A stretch of 64,000 bases of DNA from Callorhinchus milii (GCF_018977255.1 NW_024704742.1:13456001-13520000); one strand, 5' to 3'; shown: positions 46,493 through 59,937, counted from the stretch's first letter. A program made the numbers and translations. The notes: generated by a model not told the origin, from the letters alone.

Positions 46493-48068
46493 ACCCTCCT
46501 CTTCGACCGTGCCTTTGGTCAACCTCCTACCCACAAACTCCCTGCCCTCCACCCCCACTGACTGTCCAGCACATTGGGACGTCTTCCTGACGTGAAAGGC
46601 GCTGTGTACGTGTCATGTGTTGTTACTCACCAGTTTGCTGCTCTTTGGAGTCTCGCTGATCTCTGAGAGAGGAAACAGGTGACAACACATGTTGTTGTTG
46701 TTGTTGAAGCTGTTGCTATTTACTGAGTTCTTGTTCTGTTCATTCATGATTTTTCCACAATGTGTCTTATTTGTGGATAAAAATTCTAAAACCTACAAAC
46801 AACAACTTGCATTTACAGAGTGACCCTCACCCAGGGCAGAGTCCTTCACCCAGGGCAACGTCCCTCACCCAGGGCAACGTCCCTCACCCAGGGCAACGTC
46901 CCTCACGCAGGGCAGAGTCATTCATCCAGAACAGCGTCCCTCACGCAAGGCAGCGTTCCAGAGCTTGACAGTAGCGGAGGTGACCATAGGCATGGTCGAA
47001 TAGGAAGGTCTTCAGGCTCGACCTGAAGATGGGAAAAGAAGGGGCATGGTGGAGGAATAGAGCGACAGTGTTCCAAAGTTTCGGGGTGTAGGGGCTTAAA
47101 GCGCGGCCACCAATGGTGGAATGGAGGGACATGCAGGAAGCCGGAGCCAGTAGAACAGGCCTTCAGCCACTACGACCTGAAACTCTGGAACTCTCTCCCT
47201 CAATCCCTCCACCTTGCCCCTCCCTCCCCACTTTCAAATCCCCGCAAAAGGCCTTCCTTTTGATCGTGCTTAAGGTTACCCCCGTCTTCCCTCTACCCCT
47301 GGCTCAGTGTCAGACTCCTCCACTGTCAAGCATTCCAGCACGTTAACCCGTGTGAAAGGTACTATATAAATGCAAGTTGTTGGAAACAATATGTAGAGTC
47401 CTTTAACTCAATGGTTGCAGCTCCGCAACGTTGCCCAGCTCCGCCACTGTCTCACACCGCAGGCCGCCAAAACCCTCATACATGCTTTCATTACGTGGAG
47501 GCTTGAATATGCAAACTCATTGCTTGTCGGCCTCCCCAACTCCTCCCTCCATAGGCTGCAGATCATCCAGAACTCTGCAGCCCGTGTCCTCTCCTGCATT
47601 AGGCTCCGTGATCCTGTCACCCCCATCCTCGCCCAACTCCATTGGCTTCCCATCACACAGAGGATACAGTTCAAGATCCTGGTCCTCACCTTCAAAGCCC
47701 TCCAAGGTCTTGCTCCCCCCTCCCTCTGTGACCTCCTAACCTCCTACCATCCTGTCGCTACCTCCGCTCAGTGAGCTCCGGCCTGCTTCACGTCCCCGCC
47801 TCGCTCGCCCCACTATTGGTGGGCAGGCCTTCCGCCACTCTGCCCCCACCCTCTGGAACTCCATCCTGCAGTCCCTCCACCTCGCCCCTTCCCTCACCTC
47901 CTTCAAGACCCATCACAAGACCCTTCTCTTTGGCCGTGCTTTCCCCCTGCCCTCCACCCTCCCTGACCCCGACCCCAAGCTCGGGTCCGTAACTCTGTCT
48001 GTCCAGCGCCTTGAGACATCCTCCCGACGTAAAAGGCACTATACAAATGTAATTTTGTTGTTGTTGTT
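46493..48068. mobile_element. Cluster of L2 3' fragments: ~46493-46625 (+), 46795-47150 (-), 47155-47382 (+), 47415-48068 (+)
   Basis: L2 C-terminal peptides (LHWLPITQRIQFKILVLT, IGGRA) and tails. Confidence 0.85.
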
Positions 48069-48419
48069 GATTAGAGCACTCGCCTCGCAAGCAAGAGACC
48101 TGGGTTCGATTCCCAGCAGGGTGAAACGTTGAGCAAGTTTCCTTACACTACACGCCTCTGTTTACCAGCAGTAAGTAGGAACCCAGTTGTTAGTTGATTG
48201 GCGGATTGCTTTCCGGGGATAATAATTCCTTCAAAAAATAAAATAACAATAAAATAATAAAATAAAAATCACTTCAATCCAAGACTGTTTGTGGGACATT
48301 GCTGTGCGCAACTGGCTGCCCACAAAATTTACGCTTTACAATATATTGTATGAAGCGCGTTGAGACATCTCGAAGACATGATAAGCCGCTGTATCAAATG
48401 TAAGAATTATTATTATTAC
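48069..48419 (+). mobile_element. Long-form SINE
   Basis: tRNA head, ctctgtttaccagcagtaagtaggaaccc segment, core, tail with TCGAA loop. Confidence 0.9.
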
Positions 48420-48478
48420 TAAGCAGTGCCTGTGACGTCTGTGGGCTAATGTTGTGGGGTCTCTATTGATGTTGACAG

Positions 48479-48689
48479 GGAGGTATTACAGATCGACAGG
48501 TTCTTACAAGAGACGGCTGCTCGGGAGGCCACGGCCAAGGGGCGTCTGCAGCAGTTTATTGAGGAGCTTTTGGACAGAGCAGACAGGGCGGAGAAGCAGC
48601 TGATGGTGATCAGTAGTTGTGCCAGCACACCCAACGGCAGTGTGGGGAGGTGCAGCATCTCGCGGAACAAGGGCATCAGCAGACGTCAG
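48479..48689 (+). CDS. FBXO41: FBXO41 coding exon 2 (EVLQIDRFLQETAAREATAKGRLQQFIEELLDRADRAEKQL...)
   Basis: Acceptor gttgacag|G completes the phase-2 codon; donor CAG|GTACTT, phase 0; recognisable FBXO41 coiled-coil motif. Confidence 0.95.
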
Positions 48690-48884
48690 GTACTTGGGCT
48701 TACGTCTAGCTAATGATGAGCATATCACAGTCACAGTGTTATCAGCGTGTTGGCAGGTTTCAGAGCCTGAGCACAGGGTCAGACAATAGCCTCACAATAT
48801 TACCCCTTTCTAATCACAGAGATTCTGAAGAAACAAATTATATAATTAATGATGTAAATTGTATCTCACATTATATCATGGAGC

Positions 48885-49190
48885 TGGCAGGGCAAAACCT
48901 TAGGCAAGTTTCCTTACTCCACACACACGCCTCTGTTTATCAAGCAATAAGTAGGAAATCAGTAGTTAGTCGATAGTCACATCGCTTTTCCAGGAATATT
49001 ACTCCCTTCAAAACAAAAATAAGTTTAAAAAAAAATTTGGTCACTCAATCCCGACTATTTGTGGGACACTGCTGTGTGCAATTGGCTGCCTCGTTTTGCT
49101 CACAAATTATAGTCAATTCACTTTACATTATATTCTGTGAAGCACTTTGAGACGTCTCGAAAATGTAATAAGGCGCTATATCAAATGTAA
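48885..49190 (+). mobile_element. Long-form SINE, 5'-truncated
   Basis: Same internal segment, core and tail. Confidence 0.88.
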
Positions 49191-49199
49191 TATCAAATA

Positions 49200-52100
49200 T
49201 CAACTCCGCATCCAAACACTCCCCACCCTCTCAACACTCCCCACTCTCTCAACACTCGCCATCCCAACACTTCCCTTCCCAACACTCCCCACCCCCCCAA
49301 CACGGCCCATCAAACCATTCCACATCCCAACAATCCCCATCCCCAAACTCCCCAACTCATCACTCCCCACCATCTCAACACTCCCTATCCCATCACTCCC
49401 CACCATCTCAACACTCCCCATTATCCCAACACTCCCCGGCGCAACAATCTCCATCCCAATATTCCCCATCCCAACATTCCCCACCATCCGTACACTCCCC
49501 ATCCCAAAACTCCCCACCATCCCAACATTCTCCATCCCCAAACTAACCATACCAACACTCCTCATCATCTCATCACTCCCCACAATACCAACACTCCCCA
49601 CACCAACACACCCCATCCCCACGCTCCCTAACATTCCCCACCATCCTAACACACTCGATCCCAACATTCCCCACCATCGCAACACTCAACACTACCTATC
49701 CCAACACTCCCCACCATCCCAAACTCCCCGGCGCAACACTCCTATCTCAACACTCCTCATCCCAACACTCTTGATCCCAACACTCCCCAACATCCCAACA
49801 CTCCCCACTCCCCACCTTCTCAGTACTCATCATCCCAACAGTCCCCATCCCAATACTCGACATCGTCTCCACACTCCCCATCCCAACATTCCCCATCTCA
49901 AAACTCACGACCATATCAACGCTCCCCATTCCAACATTCCCCACCATGCCAACACTCCCCTTACCAACACTCCCTATACCAACACTCCCCATACCAACAC
50001 TCCCCATACCAACACTCCCCATACCAACACTCCCCATCCAAACACTCCCAACACTACCCATCCCAAATCTCCCCACCATGCCAACACTCTCCATCCCAAA
50101 ATGACCCATCGCAACACTCCCCACCATTCCAACTATCCCAATAATCCCCACTATCCCAACACTCCCCACTATCCCATCACTCCCCACCATCCCAACACTC
50201 CTCATCCCAACACTCCATGCCATCCCAACACACCCCATCCCAACATCCCCACCATCCCAACACTCCCCATCCCAACACTTCCCAACATCCCAACACAGCT
50301 GTCTCCACACTCCCCATCACAACATTCCCCAATCTCCCAAAACTCTGCACCATCCCAACACTCCCCAATATTCCAACAATCCCGAACCTCTCAACACCCA
50401 CTATCACACCACTCCACTTCCCAACACTTCACTTCCCAACATTTCCCATCCCAACACTGCATCCCAACATTCCACATCCAAACACTCCCCATCCCAGCAC
50501 ACCCCACCATCCCCAAACACCCATCCCAACACTTCCTAACCGAACACTTCCCATCCCATCCCTATACTCCCCATCATAACATTCCCCATCCCAACACTTC
50601 CTACTATGCCAAGACTCCCTACCATCACAAAACTCCCATACCCAACACTTCCCACCATTCCAATACTAGCAATCCTAACACTCACCACCATCCCAAGAAT
50701 CCCCATCCCAACATTCCCCATCCCAACACTCCCCATCATCTCAATGCTCCCCAGCATTCCAACAATCCCCAACATCCCAACACATGCCACCATCCCAACA
50801 CTCACCGCCATCCCAATAATCCCCATCGCAACACTGCCCACCATCTCAGCACTCCCCACCTTCCCAACACTCTCCATCCCAACACTCCCCAAACCAACAA
50901 TCTCCGCCATCCCAACACCCCCCATACCTACACTCCCAACCTTCCCAACTCTCCCCAGCTTCCCAACACTCCAAGCCTTCCCAACACTCCACACCTTCCC
51001 AACACTCCCCACTTTCCAAATACTCCCCACCTTCCCAAAACTCCCCTCCATCCCAACACTCCCCTCCATCCCAACACTCCCCATCCCAACACTCTCCACC
51101 CCAACACTCCCCATCCCAACACTCCCCATCCCAACACTCTCCACCATCCCAACGTTCCCCACCATCCCAACGTTCCCCACCATCCCAACGTTCCCCACCA
51201 TCCCAACATTCCTCACCATCCCAACGTTCCCCGCCGTCCCAACGTTCCCCACCGTCTCAACGTTCTCCACCATCCCCACATTCCCCATCCCAACACTCCC
51301 CACCATTCCAACACTCCACATTCCAACACTCCCCACCATCCCAACACTCCCCATCCCAACACTCCCCACCATCCCAACGTTCCTCACCATCCCAACACTC
51401 CCCACCATCCCAATACTCACCAACACCCCAACAATCCTCATCCCAACATTCCGCACCATCCCAGCACTCTCCACCATCCCAACACTCCCCGCCCAACACT
51501 TCCCACCATCACAACGCTGTCCATTCCAACATTCCCCATGATGCCAACACTACCCACTATCCCAGCACTCCCCACTCTCCCAGCCCTCCCCACTGTCCCA
51601 ACGTTCCCCAACGTCCCAACGTTCCCCACCCGCCCAACGTTCTCCACCGTCCCAACGTTCTCCACCGTCCCAACGTTCCCCACCATCACAACACTCCTCA
51701 AGAACCCAACACTCCCCATTCCAACCATGCCCACTATCCCACCACTCACCACCTTCCCAACACTCCCCGCCATCATAATGCTCCCCGTGTCAACGCTCCC
51801 CACCATCCCAACACTACCTACCATCCCATCCCTTCGCAACACTCGCCACCATCACAACACTGCCCATCCCAAAATTCACCATGACCCCAACACTACCTAT
51901 CTTCCCAACACTCACCAACATCCCAACAATCCCCATCCCAGCACTGCCCACCATCCCAGCACTCCCCATCATCCCAACACTCCCCGCCCAACACTCCCCA
52001 CTATCCCAGCACTCCCTACCATGCGAACATTGCCCACCATCCCAACGTTCCCCAACGTCCTAACTTTCTCCACCATCCCAACACTCCCCACCGTCCCAAC

Positions 52101-55100
52101 GTTCCCCACCCTCCCAATGTTCCCCACCCTCCCAACGTTCCCCACCCTCCAAACGTTCCCCACTCTTCCAACGTTCCCCACCGTCCCAACGTTATAATAA
52201 TAATAATAATCCTTGCATTTGATATAGCGCTTTTCACGTCGGGAGGACGTCCCAAAGCGCTTCACAGAACCCACTGTAAAGTGAATTGACTGTATATTTG
52301 TGGGCGAATGCAGCAGCCAATTGCGCACAGCAATGTCCCACAAACAGTCGTGGATTGAAAATGACCAATTTATTATTGTTTTTGGTTTTGGAGGGATTAT
52401 TATTAGGCTCTGTGTGGAGTAAGGAAACTTGCCCAAGGTTTCGCCCTCTGCCTGGAATTGAACTCAGGTCTCTCGCTTGCAAAGCGAGTGCTCTAACCAC
52501 TGAGCTACAGGACTCCACGTTCCCCACCATCCCAACACTCCCATCCATCCCAACACTCCTCACCATCCCAACACTCCCCATTCCAACCATGCCCACTATC
52601 CCAACACTCCCTGCCTTCCCAACACTCCCCACCATCATAACACTGCCCGCTCAACACTCCGCATCCCCACACTCTCTGTCCCAACACTCCCACATCCCAG
52701 CACTCCACATCCCAACACTCCCTACCATCCCAAAACTCCCCTTCGCAACACTCGCCACCATCACAACACTGCCCATCCCCAAATTCCCCATGATCCCAAC
52801 GCTACCCAATTTCCCAACACTCACCAACATCCCAACAATCCCCATCCCAACACTGCCGGCCATCCCAGCGCTCCCCATCCCAACACTCCCCATCCCACCA
52901 CTCTCCACCATCCCAACGTTCCCCACCATTCCAACGTTCTCCACCATCCCAACGTTCCCCACCATCCCAACGTTCCCCGCCGTCCCAACGTTCCCCACCG
53001 TCCCAACTTTCCCCACCATCCCCACACTCCCCACCATTCCAACACTCCCCATCCCAACACTCCCCACCATCCCAACACTCCCCATCCAAACAATCCCCAC
53101 CATCCCATCACTCCCCACCATCCCAACACTCCCCACCATCCCAACACTCTCCACAATCCCAAAGTTCCCCAACATCCCAACATTCCTCAACATCCCAACG
53201 TTCCTCACCATCCCAATGTTCCCCCACACGCCCCACTTTCCCAACACTCCCCACCATCCCAATACTCACCAACACCCCAACAATCCTAATCCCAACATTC
53301 CGCACCATCCCAGCACTCCCCACCATCCCAACATTCCACGCCCAACACTTCCCACCATCACAACGCTGCCCATTCCAACATTCCCCATGATGCCAACACT
53401 ACCCACTATCCCAGCACTCCCCACTCTCCCAGCCCTCCCCACTGTCCCAACGTTCCCCACCGTCCCAACGTTCCCCACCGTCCCAACGTTCCCCACCCTC
53501 CCAACGTTCCCCACCGTCCCAACGTTCCCCACCCTCCCAACGTTCCCCACCGTCCCAACGTTCCCCACCCTCCCAACGTTCTCCACCGTCCCAACATTCC
53601 CCACTGTCCCAACGTTCCCCACTGTCCCAACGTTCCCCACCGTCCCAACACTCCTCAAGAACCCAACACGCCCCATTCCAACCATGCCCACTATCCCACC
53701 ACTCACCACCTTCCCAACACTCCCCGCCATCATAACACTCCCCGTGTCAGCGCTCCCCACCATCCCAACACTACCTACCATCCCATCCCTTCGCAACACT
53801 CGCCACCATCACAACACTGTCCATCCCAAAATTCACCATGACCCCAACACTCCCCGCCCAACACTCCCCACTATCCCAGCACTCCCTACCATCCCAACAT
53901 TCCCCCCCATCCCAACGTTCCCCAACATCCCAACTTTCTCCACCATCCCGATGTTCCCCATCATCCTGATGTTCCCCACCATCCCAACGCTCCCCACCAT
54001 CCCAACGTTCCCCACCATCCCAGCACTCCCCACCATCCAACGTTCCCCATCCTCCCAACGTTCCCCACCCTCCCAACGTTCCCCACTGTTCCAACGTTCC
54101 CCACCGTCCCAACGTTCCCCACCATCCCAACACTCCCCATCCCAACACTCCCCATCCCAACACTCTCCACCATCCCAACGTTCCCCACCATCCCAACGTT
54201 CCCCACCATCCCAAAGTTCCCCAGCATCCCAACGTTCCCCACCATCCCAACATTCCTCACCATCCCAACGTTCCCCGCCGTCCCAACGTTCCCCAACATC
54301 CCAACTTTCTCCACCATCCCGACGTTCCCCATCATCCTGATGTTCCCCACCATCCCAACGCTCCCCACCATCCCAACGTTCCCCACCATCCCAGCACTCC
54401 CCACCATCCCAACGTTCCCCATCCTCCCAACGTTCCCCACCCTCCCAACGTTCCCCACTGTTCCAACGTTCCCCACCGTCCCAACGTTTCCCACCATTCC
54501 AATACTCCCCACCATCCCAACGTTCCCCACCGTCCCAACGTTCCCCACCGTCCTAAAGTTCCCCACCGTCTCAACGTTCCCCACCGTTCCAACGTTCCCC
54601 ACCGTTCCAACGTTCCCCACTATCGCAGCACTCCCCATCGCAGCACTCACCATCCCAACACTCCCCACCATCCCAACACTCCCCACCATCCCAACACTCC
54701 CCACCTTCCCAACACTCACCACCATCACAACACTGCCCATCCCAACACTCCGCATCCCCACACTCCCTGTCCCAACACTCCCACATCCCAGCACTCCACA
54801 TCCCAACACTCCCTACCATCCCAAAACTCCCCTTCGCAACACTTGCCACCATCACAACACTGCCCATCCCAAAATTCCCCATGATCCCAACGCTACCCAA
54901 TTTCCCAACACTCACCAACATCCCAACAATCCCCATCCCAACACTGCCCGCCATCCCAGCACTCCACATCCCAACACTCCCCAACCCAACACTCCCCATC
55001 CCTTCACTTCCAACCAACTGAACACTACCCATCCCAACAATCCCCACCATCCCAACACTTCCTACCATCACAACACAATTCATCCCGGCACTCCCCATCC

Positions 55101-55230
55101 CAGAACTCCCCACCGTCCCAACACTCCCCATGTCAACACTCCCCTCCATCCCAATACTCCCCATCATCCCAACACTCCCCTTCCCAACATTCCACACCAT
55201 CCCAACAGTTCCCACCATCCCAACACTTCC
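49200..55230. repeat. 18-bp CCCAACACTCCCCACCAT / CCCAACGTTCCCCACCGT satellite in an FBXO41 intron
   Basis: Directly visible; explains the PTLPTI/PTFPTV ORFs. Confidence 0.97.
52194..52518 (-). mobile_element. Full-length short-form SINE in the satellite
   Basis: ACGTT at 52189-93 and 52517-21. Confidence 0.95.
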
Positions 55231-55490
55231 TGCACCGCGCATTTGTGATCGGAGCTGCTCCTCCCACAGTAGCAGCCTGGAGCCAACAGCATGAGTGGCC
55301 AGGCGTCTAGGACACTGTGTGTACAAGTGTGTAGTGGAGGTGGGAGTTTTCAGCTGATTCCGCAGAAAAAGTACAGCTGCACTTTTCTACTGGCCCAGGT
55401 TATTACTGATTATTATTGGGTATAATTGTTGGTTATTACTGGTTATTACTGTTGGTTACTAATTACTGTTGTTCCTTACGCCTCTTGTAG

Positions 55491-55564
55491 GGCAATCGAA
55501 GCAACAACTCAACAAGTGTTTCTCGAGGGAATATTTCCGATCAACAATCACTGCCAAATGTTAG
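55491..55564 (+). CDS. FBXO41: FBXO41 small linker exon (GNRSNNSTSVSRGNISDQQSLPNV)
   Basis: Acceptor cctcttgtag|, donor AG|GTACAG. At 74 bp it supplies exactly the phase 0 to phase 2 bridge needed between the flanking exons. The sequence itself is poorly conserved. Confidence 0.75.
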
Positions 55565-55619
55565 GTACAGTACAGTGCTGGTCACCGTCTGGTGTGTGTA
55601 ACCCTAACCCTAGTCCTGG

Positions 55620-57537
55620 TCAAGAAAATAATAAGTGATGCAAAAGGGGAATCTGAGAAAAAACTTGCAAGGAATATCAAGGGCAGCAGTTAAAGTTTTT
55701 ATAAATATATTTAGAATGGTAAAGAGGGATTTGGGCCCATTAAAGCCAGATGTAGGTGAGACAATAATGAACAAGAAGGAAATGGCAGACTTGGTGAGTG
55801 AATACTTTGCTTCTGTTTTCACAATAGAGGAAGTGGAAAAAATACCAACGGTACAAGGGAACCTAAAAAATAAGCCAAAGGGAAGTACTAAATTGATTTA
55901 ATATAAATTTAAAATATGGTATTGGACAAAAATAATGTGAGTAAAGATAGACAAATCTCCAGGACCTGATAGATTCCATCCCAAGGTATTAAAAGAAGTA
56001 GGGGAGGAAATTGCAGATGTGGTAGTCATAATTTTCCAAAGCACTCTGTATTCGGGAATTGTGGCCTTGGATTGGAGAATTGCAAATGTCACTCCATTAT
56101 TTAAGAAAAGAGGGAGGGAGAAACCAGGTAACTACAGATGTCAGCTTAACTTCAGTTGTGGGGAAGTTACTGGAATCTCTCAACAATGACATAGTGACTG
56201 AGCACTTGAACAAGTATGAGCTAATCAAAGAGAGTCAGCATGGATTTGTGAGGGTAGATCAAGTCTAACGAATCTAATTGAATTTTTGGAGGAGGTCACT
56301 AACATGGTGGATAAGATGTTGTCCAGATGAACTTCCATGTGACATTTCATAAGGTTCCGCACAAGAGGTTATTAGCAAAAATAAAAGATCATGGAATTGG
56401 AGATAACTTTGTGATGTAGCTTGGTAATTTGTTACATTGCTAATTGGTTGGGAGGCAGGAAACAGAGAGTAGGCATAAGGGGAACATTCTCTGATTGGCA
56501 GGGTAGGTGACAAGTGGTGTTCCCCAGGGGACTGTACTGCGGCCTCAGCTTTTCACTATATATATGTGTATATATATATAAATACAAACTTGGATAAAGG
56601 AATAGAGAGTTTTATTTCCAAATTTGCAGATGACACAAAGTTAGGAGGCACAGTAAATTGTGTATGGGAGCAGGAAGATACAGAGTCATAGACAGATCAA
56701 GTGACTGGGCAAAACTGTGGCAGATTGAATTCAATGTGGGAAAGTGTGAGGTCATCCACTATGGATCTAAAAATAGCTAAGCAGAATATTTTCTAAATGG
56801 GGAGAAACTCAGAATTATGGAGGAGCAAAGGGAATTGGGTGTCCATACACACATCACTAAATACAAGCTCACTGGTACAAAACACTATCAAAAAGGCTAA
56901 TGGAATTTTGGCCTTTATTTCAAACGGGTTGGAATATAAAGGAGAGGAAATGATGCTTCAACTATATAGAGCCTTGGTCAGACCCCATCTGCAGTAATGA
57001 GTTCAAGTTTGGGTACCGCATATTAGGAAAAATATATTGGCTCTGGAGGGGGTGGAGTGCAGATTCACCAGAATGATACTAGAGTTTAAAGGGTTAAATT
57101 ATGAGGACAGTTCCATAAAGTTGGGTCACTATTCCCTTGAGTTGTTGAAGGTTAAGGGGTGATCTGATTGAGGTTTTTAAAATAATAAAGGGATTTGATA
57201 GGGTAGATACAGAGAAATTATTTCCTCTGATGGGGAATCCAGAACAAGGGTCATCATCTTAAAATTAGACCTAGGCCATTTAGGAGTGAAATTAGGAGGC
57301 AGGTTTTCAACCAAAGGGAAGTGGAAATCTGGAATTCTCTCCCTCAAAACGCTGTGGATGCTGGACCCATTCACATTGTCTAGACTGTGGTGGATAGATA
57401 TTTGTTAGATCATGATATGAAAGGTTACGGTGCAAGGGCGGGTAGCTAACTGGACTTGGGTACAGATCAGCCCTGATCTTAAATGTCGGAACAGGCTTGA
57501 GGGGCTGAATTGCCTACTCCTGTTTCTATGTTTCTAT
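55620..57537 (+). mobile_element. Older 5'-truncated CR1 LINE of a different subfamily
   Basis: Degenerate SPGPD, SLTSVVGK, SQHGF, FADDTK, LYRALVRPHL; tail ttctatgtttctatg. Confidence 0.9.
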
Positions 57538-57984
57538 GGTCACTATCTGATACCGGACAGTGAGGTCAGTGTGTGGTGCGAGACAGTGTGGTGTGACACA
57601 GTGAGGTCTGTGTGTGTTGTGACACAGTGTGGTCACTGTGGTGTGAGACCGTGTGGTCAGCCTGTGATGTGGGACAGCGTGTGGTGTGAGACAGTGAGAT
57701 CACTGTGTGATGTGGTGTGCTGGTCAGTGGGTGTAAAATAAGCTGAAATGAATTCTGGATGATGTTTATTTTACTACAGAAAAATATCAGCAAGAGAGAA
57801 CCTCCCGTCAGCACCTTCTCTCCTCACTGATGCACGTTTCACCTTGTGGAACCAGTGCAGGCCCTCCTGATCTTGGTGTACTTGTTCAGCGAGGACCACA
57901 CTCCCCGCTAGGGCTTTGGCTTGTAGAGTTAAACAGGAGATGAGTGGGAAGAATCTTGCTTGACACCTTTTAAATCCTTTAAAC

Positions 57985-59050
57985 TTCACATCTGTGATCT
58001 GACCCGTTCAGCTTTCCCCGAGCTTTGTAACATTGCCCAACTCTGCCACCATCTCTCCCCTCAGGCTGCTGACACTCTAATCAACAACAACAACAACAAA
58101 TTGCATTTATATAGTGCCTTTCATGTCGGGAAGATCGCATCCAGGCTAGATTAGGACAAGTCTCTGCTCACTAGGACTACCCAGCTCTTCCCTGCACAAG
58201 CTACAAACCACCCAGAACTCTGCAGCTCATGGCCTCTCCCTCACCAAGCTCTGAAGTTATTACCCCTTTCCTCACCTAGCTCCACTGAGCTACCCATTCC
58301 CCAGGAGTTCGAGTTCAAGATGCTCATCCTCACTTTTAAATTCCTTCCAGTCTTGCCCAACTAGACTCACAAAGCAAGAGGATCTGGGTTCGATTCTCAA
58401 GCAGGGCGAAAAGTTGGGCAAGTTTCCTTACTCCACATGCCTCTGTTTACTGAGCAGTAAGTAGGAACCTGGTTGTTAGTCGATTGGCAGATCGTTTTTC
58501 TGGGGGTAATAATCCCTTCCCAAAAACTAGATTAAAAAAATGGTCACTCAGTCAACGGGCTGTTTGTGAGACACTGCTGTGCACAATTGGCTTTCAAGTT
58601 TCGCCCACAAAATATAATGAAGAGATTTGATAGGGTAGATACAGAGAAATTATTTCCTCTGGTGGGGAATCCAGAACAAGGGTCATCATCTTAAAATTAT
58701 GCCTAGGCCATTTAGGAATGAAATTAGGAGGCAATTTTTCAACCAAAGGGAAGTGGAAATCTGGAATTCTCCCTCAAAACGCTGTGGATGCTGGACCCAT
58801 TCACATTGTCTAGACTGAGGTGTTATGAAGCGCTTTGAGATGTCTCGAAGACATGATAAGGCCCTATATCAAATGCAAGGATTATTATATGATTATCCTG
58901 CCTACCTCTGTGACCTCCTCAAATCCTACCAACCTGCACGCTTCCTCTGCACTGACCTGTTTCATGACCCCCCCCCCCCACCACACCCTCCCAGCGTCAG
59001 CGATCAGGCCTTCACCCCAACTGCTCTCACTGTCAGGAAGTCCCTCCTAC
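57985..59050 (+). mobile_element. Old L2 fragment interrupted by a long-form SINE (58362-58890), itself split by a CR1 segment (58614-58822)
   Basis: L2 sequence resumes after the SINE tail; the CR1 piece matches 57183-57392. Confidence 0.8.
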
Positions 59051-59575
59051 AGTCAGTTGTCGGTTGTACATTAGTGATAGGATAGATTGTAGATTCAGTA
59101 CTAGTTACTGAGGTCAGACTGTAGATTTAGTATTAGTTACCAATTCTCCCACTGTAGATGTAATGATGAAATGTTTGGGGTAGGGAGTTATCCAACTCAA
59201 TTCCTGTTAACCCTGAAAGCCAAAGCCCTAATGGATAGGTGATCCTAGCTGGACAAGCAGTCGGAAATGGCAAGCTATGTGATTTTAGCTGGATAGGCTC
59301 CAGCAGTTACCCCAGCACACAACCTGGGGTCCCCAAGCCTTGGCTCTTGCCAACCTGCAACTAATACTTTACGGAATTAGGTAAACAGGATGTGCCCTTC
59401 CAGGGAGAGAGAGTGCATTCCAATCCAACAATCTATCTCTGGGATTTCCATGTTTAGGTGGGATGCATGGAATTCTCAGGTTGGTTTGGAGACTCTTAAG
59501 CACAGTGATGGATTTCCGCATGTGTCAGACACCTGGCTGACTGAAAAAAAATAGTGCTGACATGTTTCTCTCTAG

Positions 59576-59937
59576 ACCAAAGCCTGTTCCCCATGCGGTT
59601 CGATGCTATGACAGTGACAGTTTTACTCCGTCTGTGGCTGTCCCCCGCTGTGATCAGAGCACAGAGAGGAACTATCACCACAAGCAGAGCCACAGCGCCG
59701 AGGGCAGGTTCAGCAGAGACCCTGCGTCACGGAGCTCAGCGCTCCGGAGACAAGCCGTGGAAAACTGGCATCGCAGACCGGATCGTAACAGCACTGAGGG
59801 AGAGGAGGGCGACGTGTCTGATGTGGGCTCCAGAACCACCGAGTCAGAGGCTGAGATGTGGGAACAAGAGAGTAAATGTCCAGCACTCACACAGCACTTC
59901 GGGTCCAACCGAGCCAAGGCACATCGGCTAGCAACAG
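59576..59937 (+). CDS. FBXO41: FBXO41 exon (RCYDSDS...LRRQAVENWHRRP...STEGEEGDVSDVGSRTTESEAE)
   Basis: Acceptor tttctctctag|A, donor G|GTAGGG, phase 2/1; conserved STEGEEGDVSDVGSRTTESEAE block. Confidence 0.95.

Noticed and set aside
49147..55326. 1016-aa, 684-aa and overlapping Pro/Thr/His-rich ORFs resembling mucin or extensin
   Set aside because: They are translations of an 18-bp satellite that rarely produces stops, open in several frames on both strands, inside an FBXO41 intron, and start within SINE sequence.
57780..57870. Possible FBXO41 exon after ttactacag
   Set aside because: The required frame reaches a stop without a phase-compatible donor, and the gene model is complete without it.
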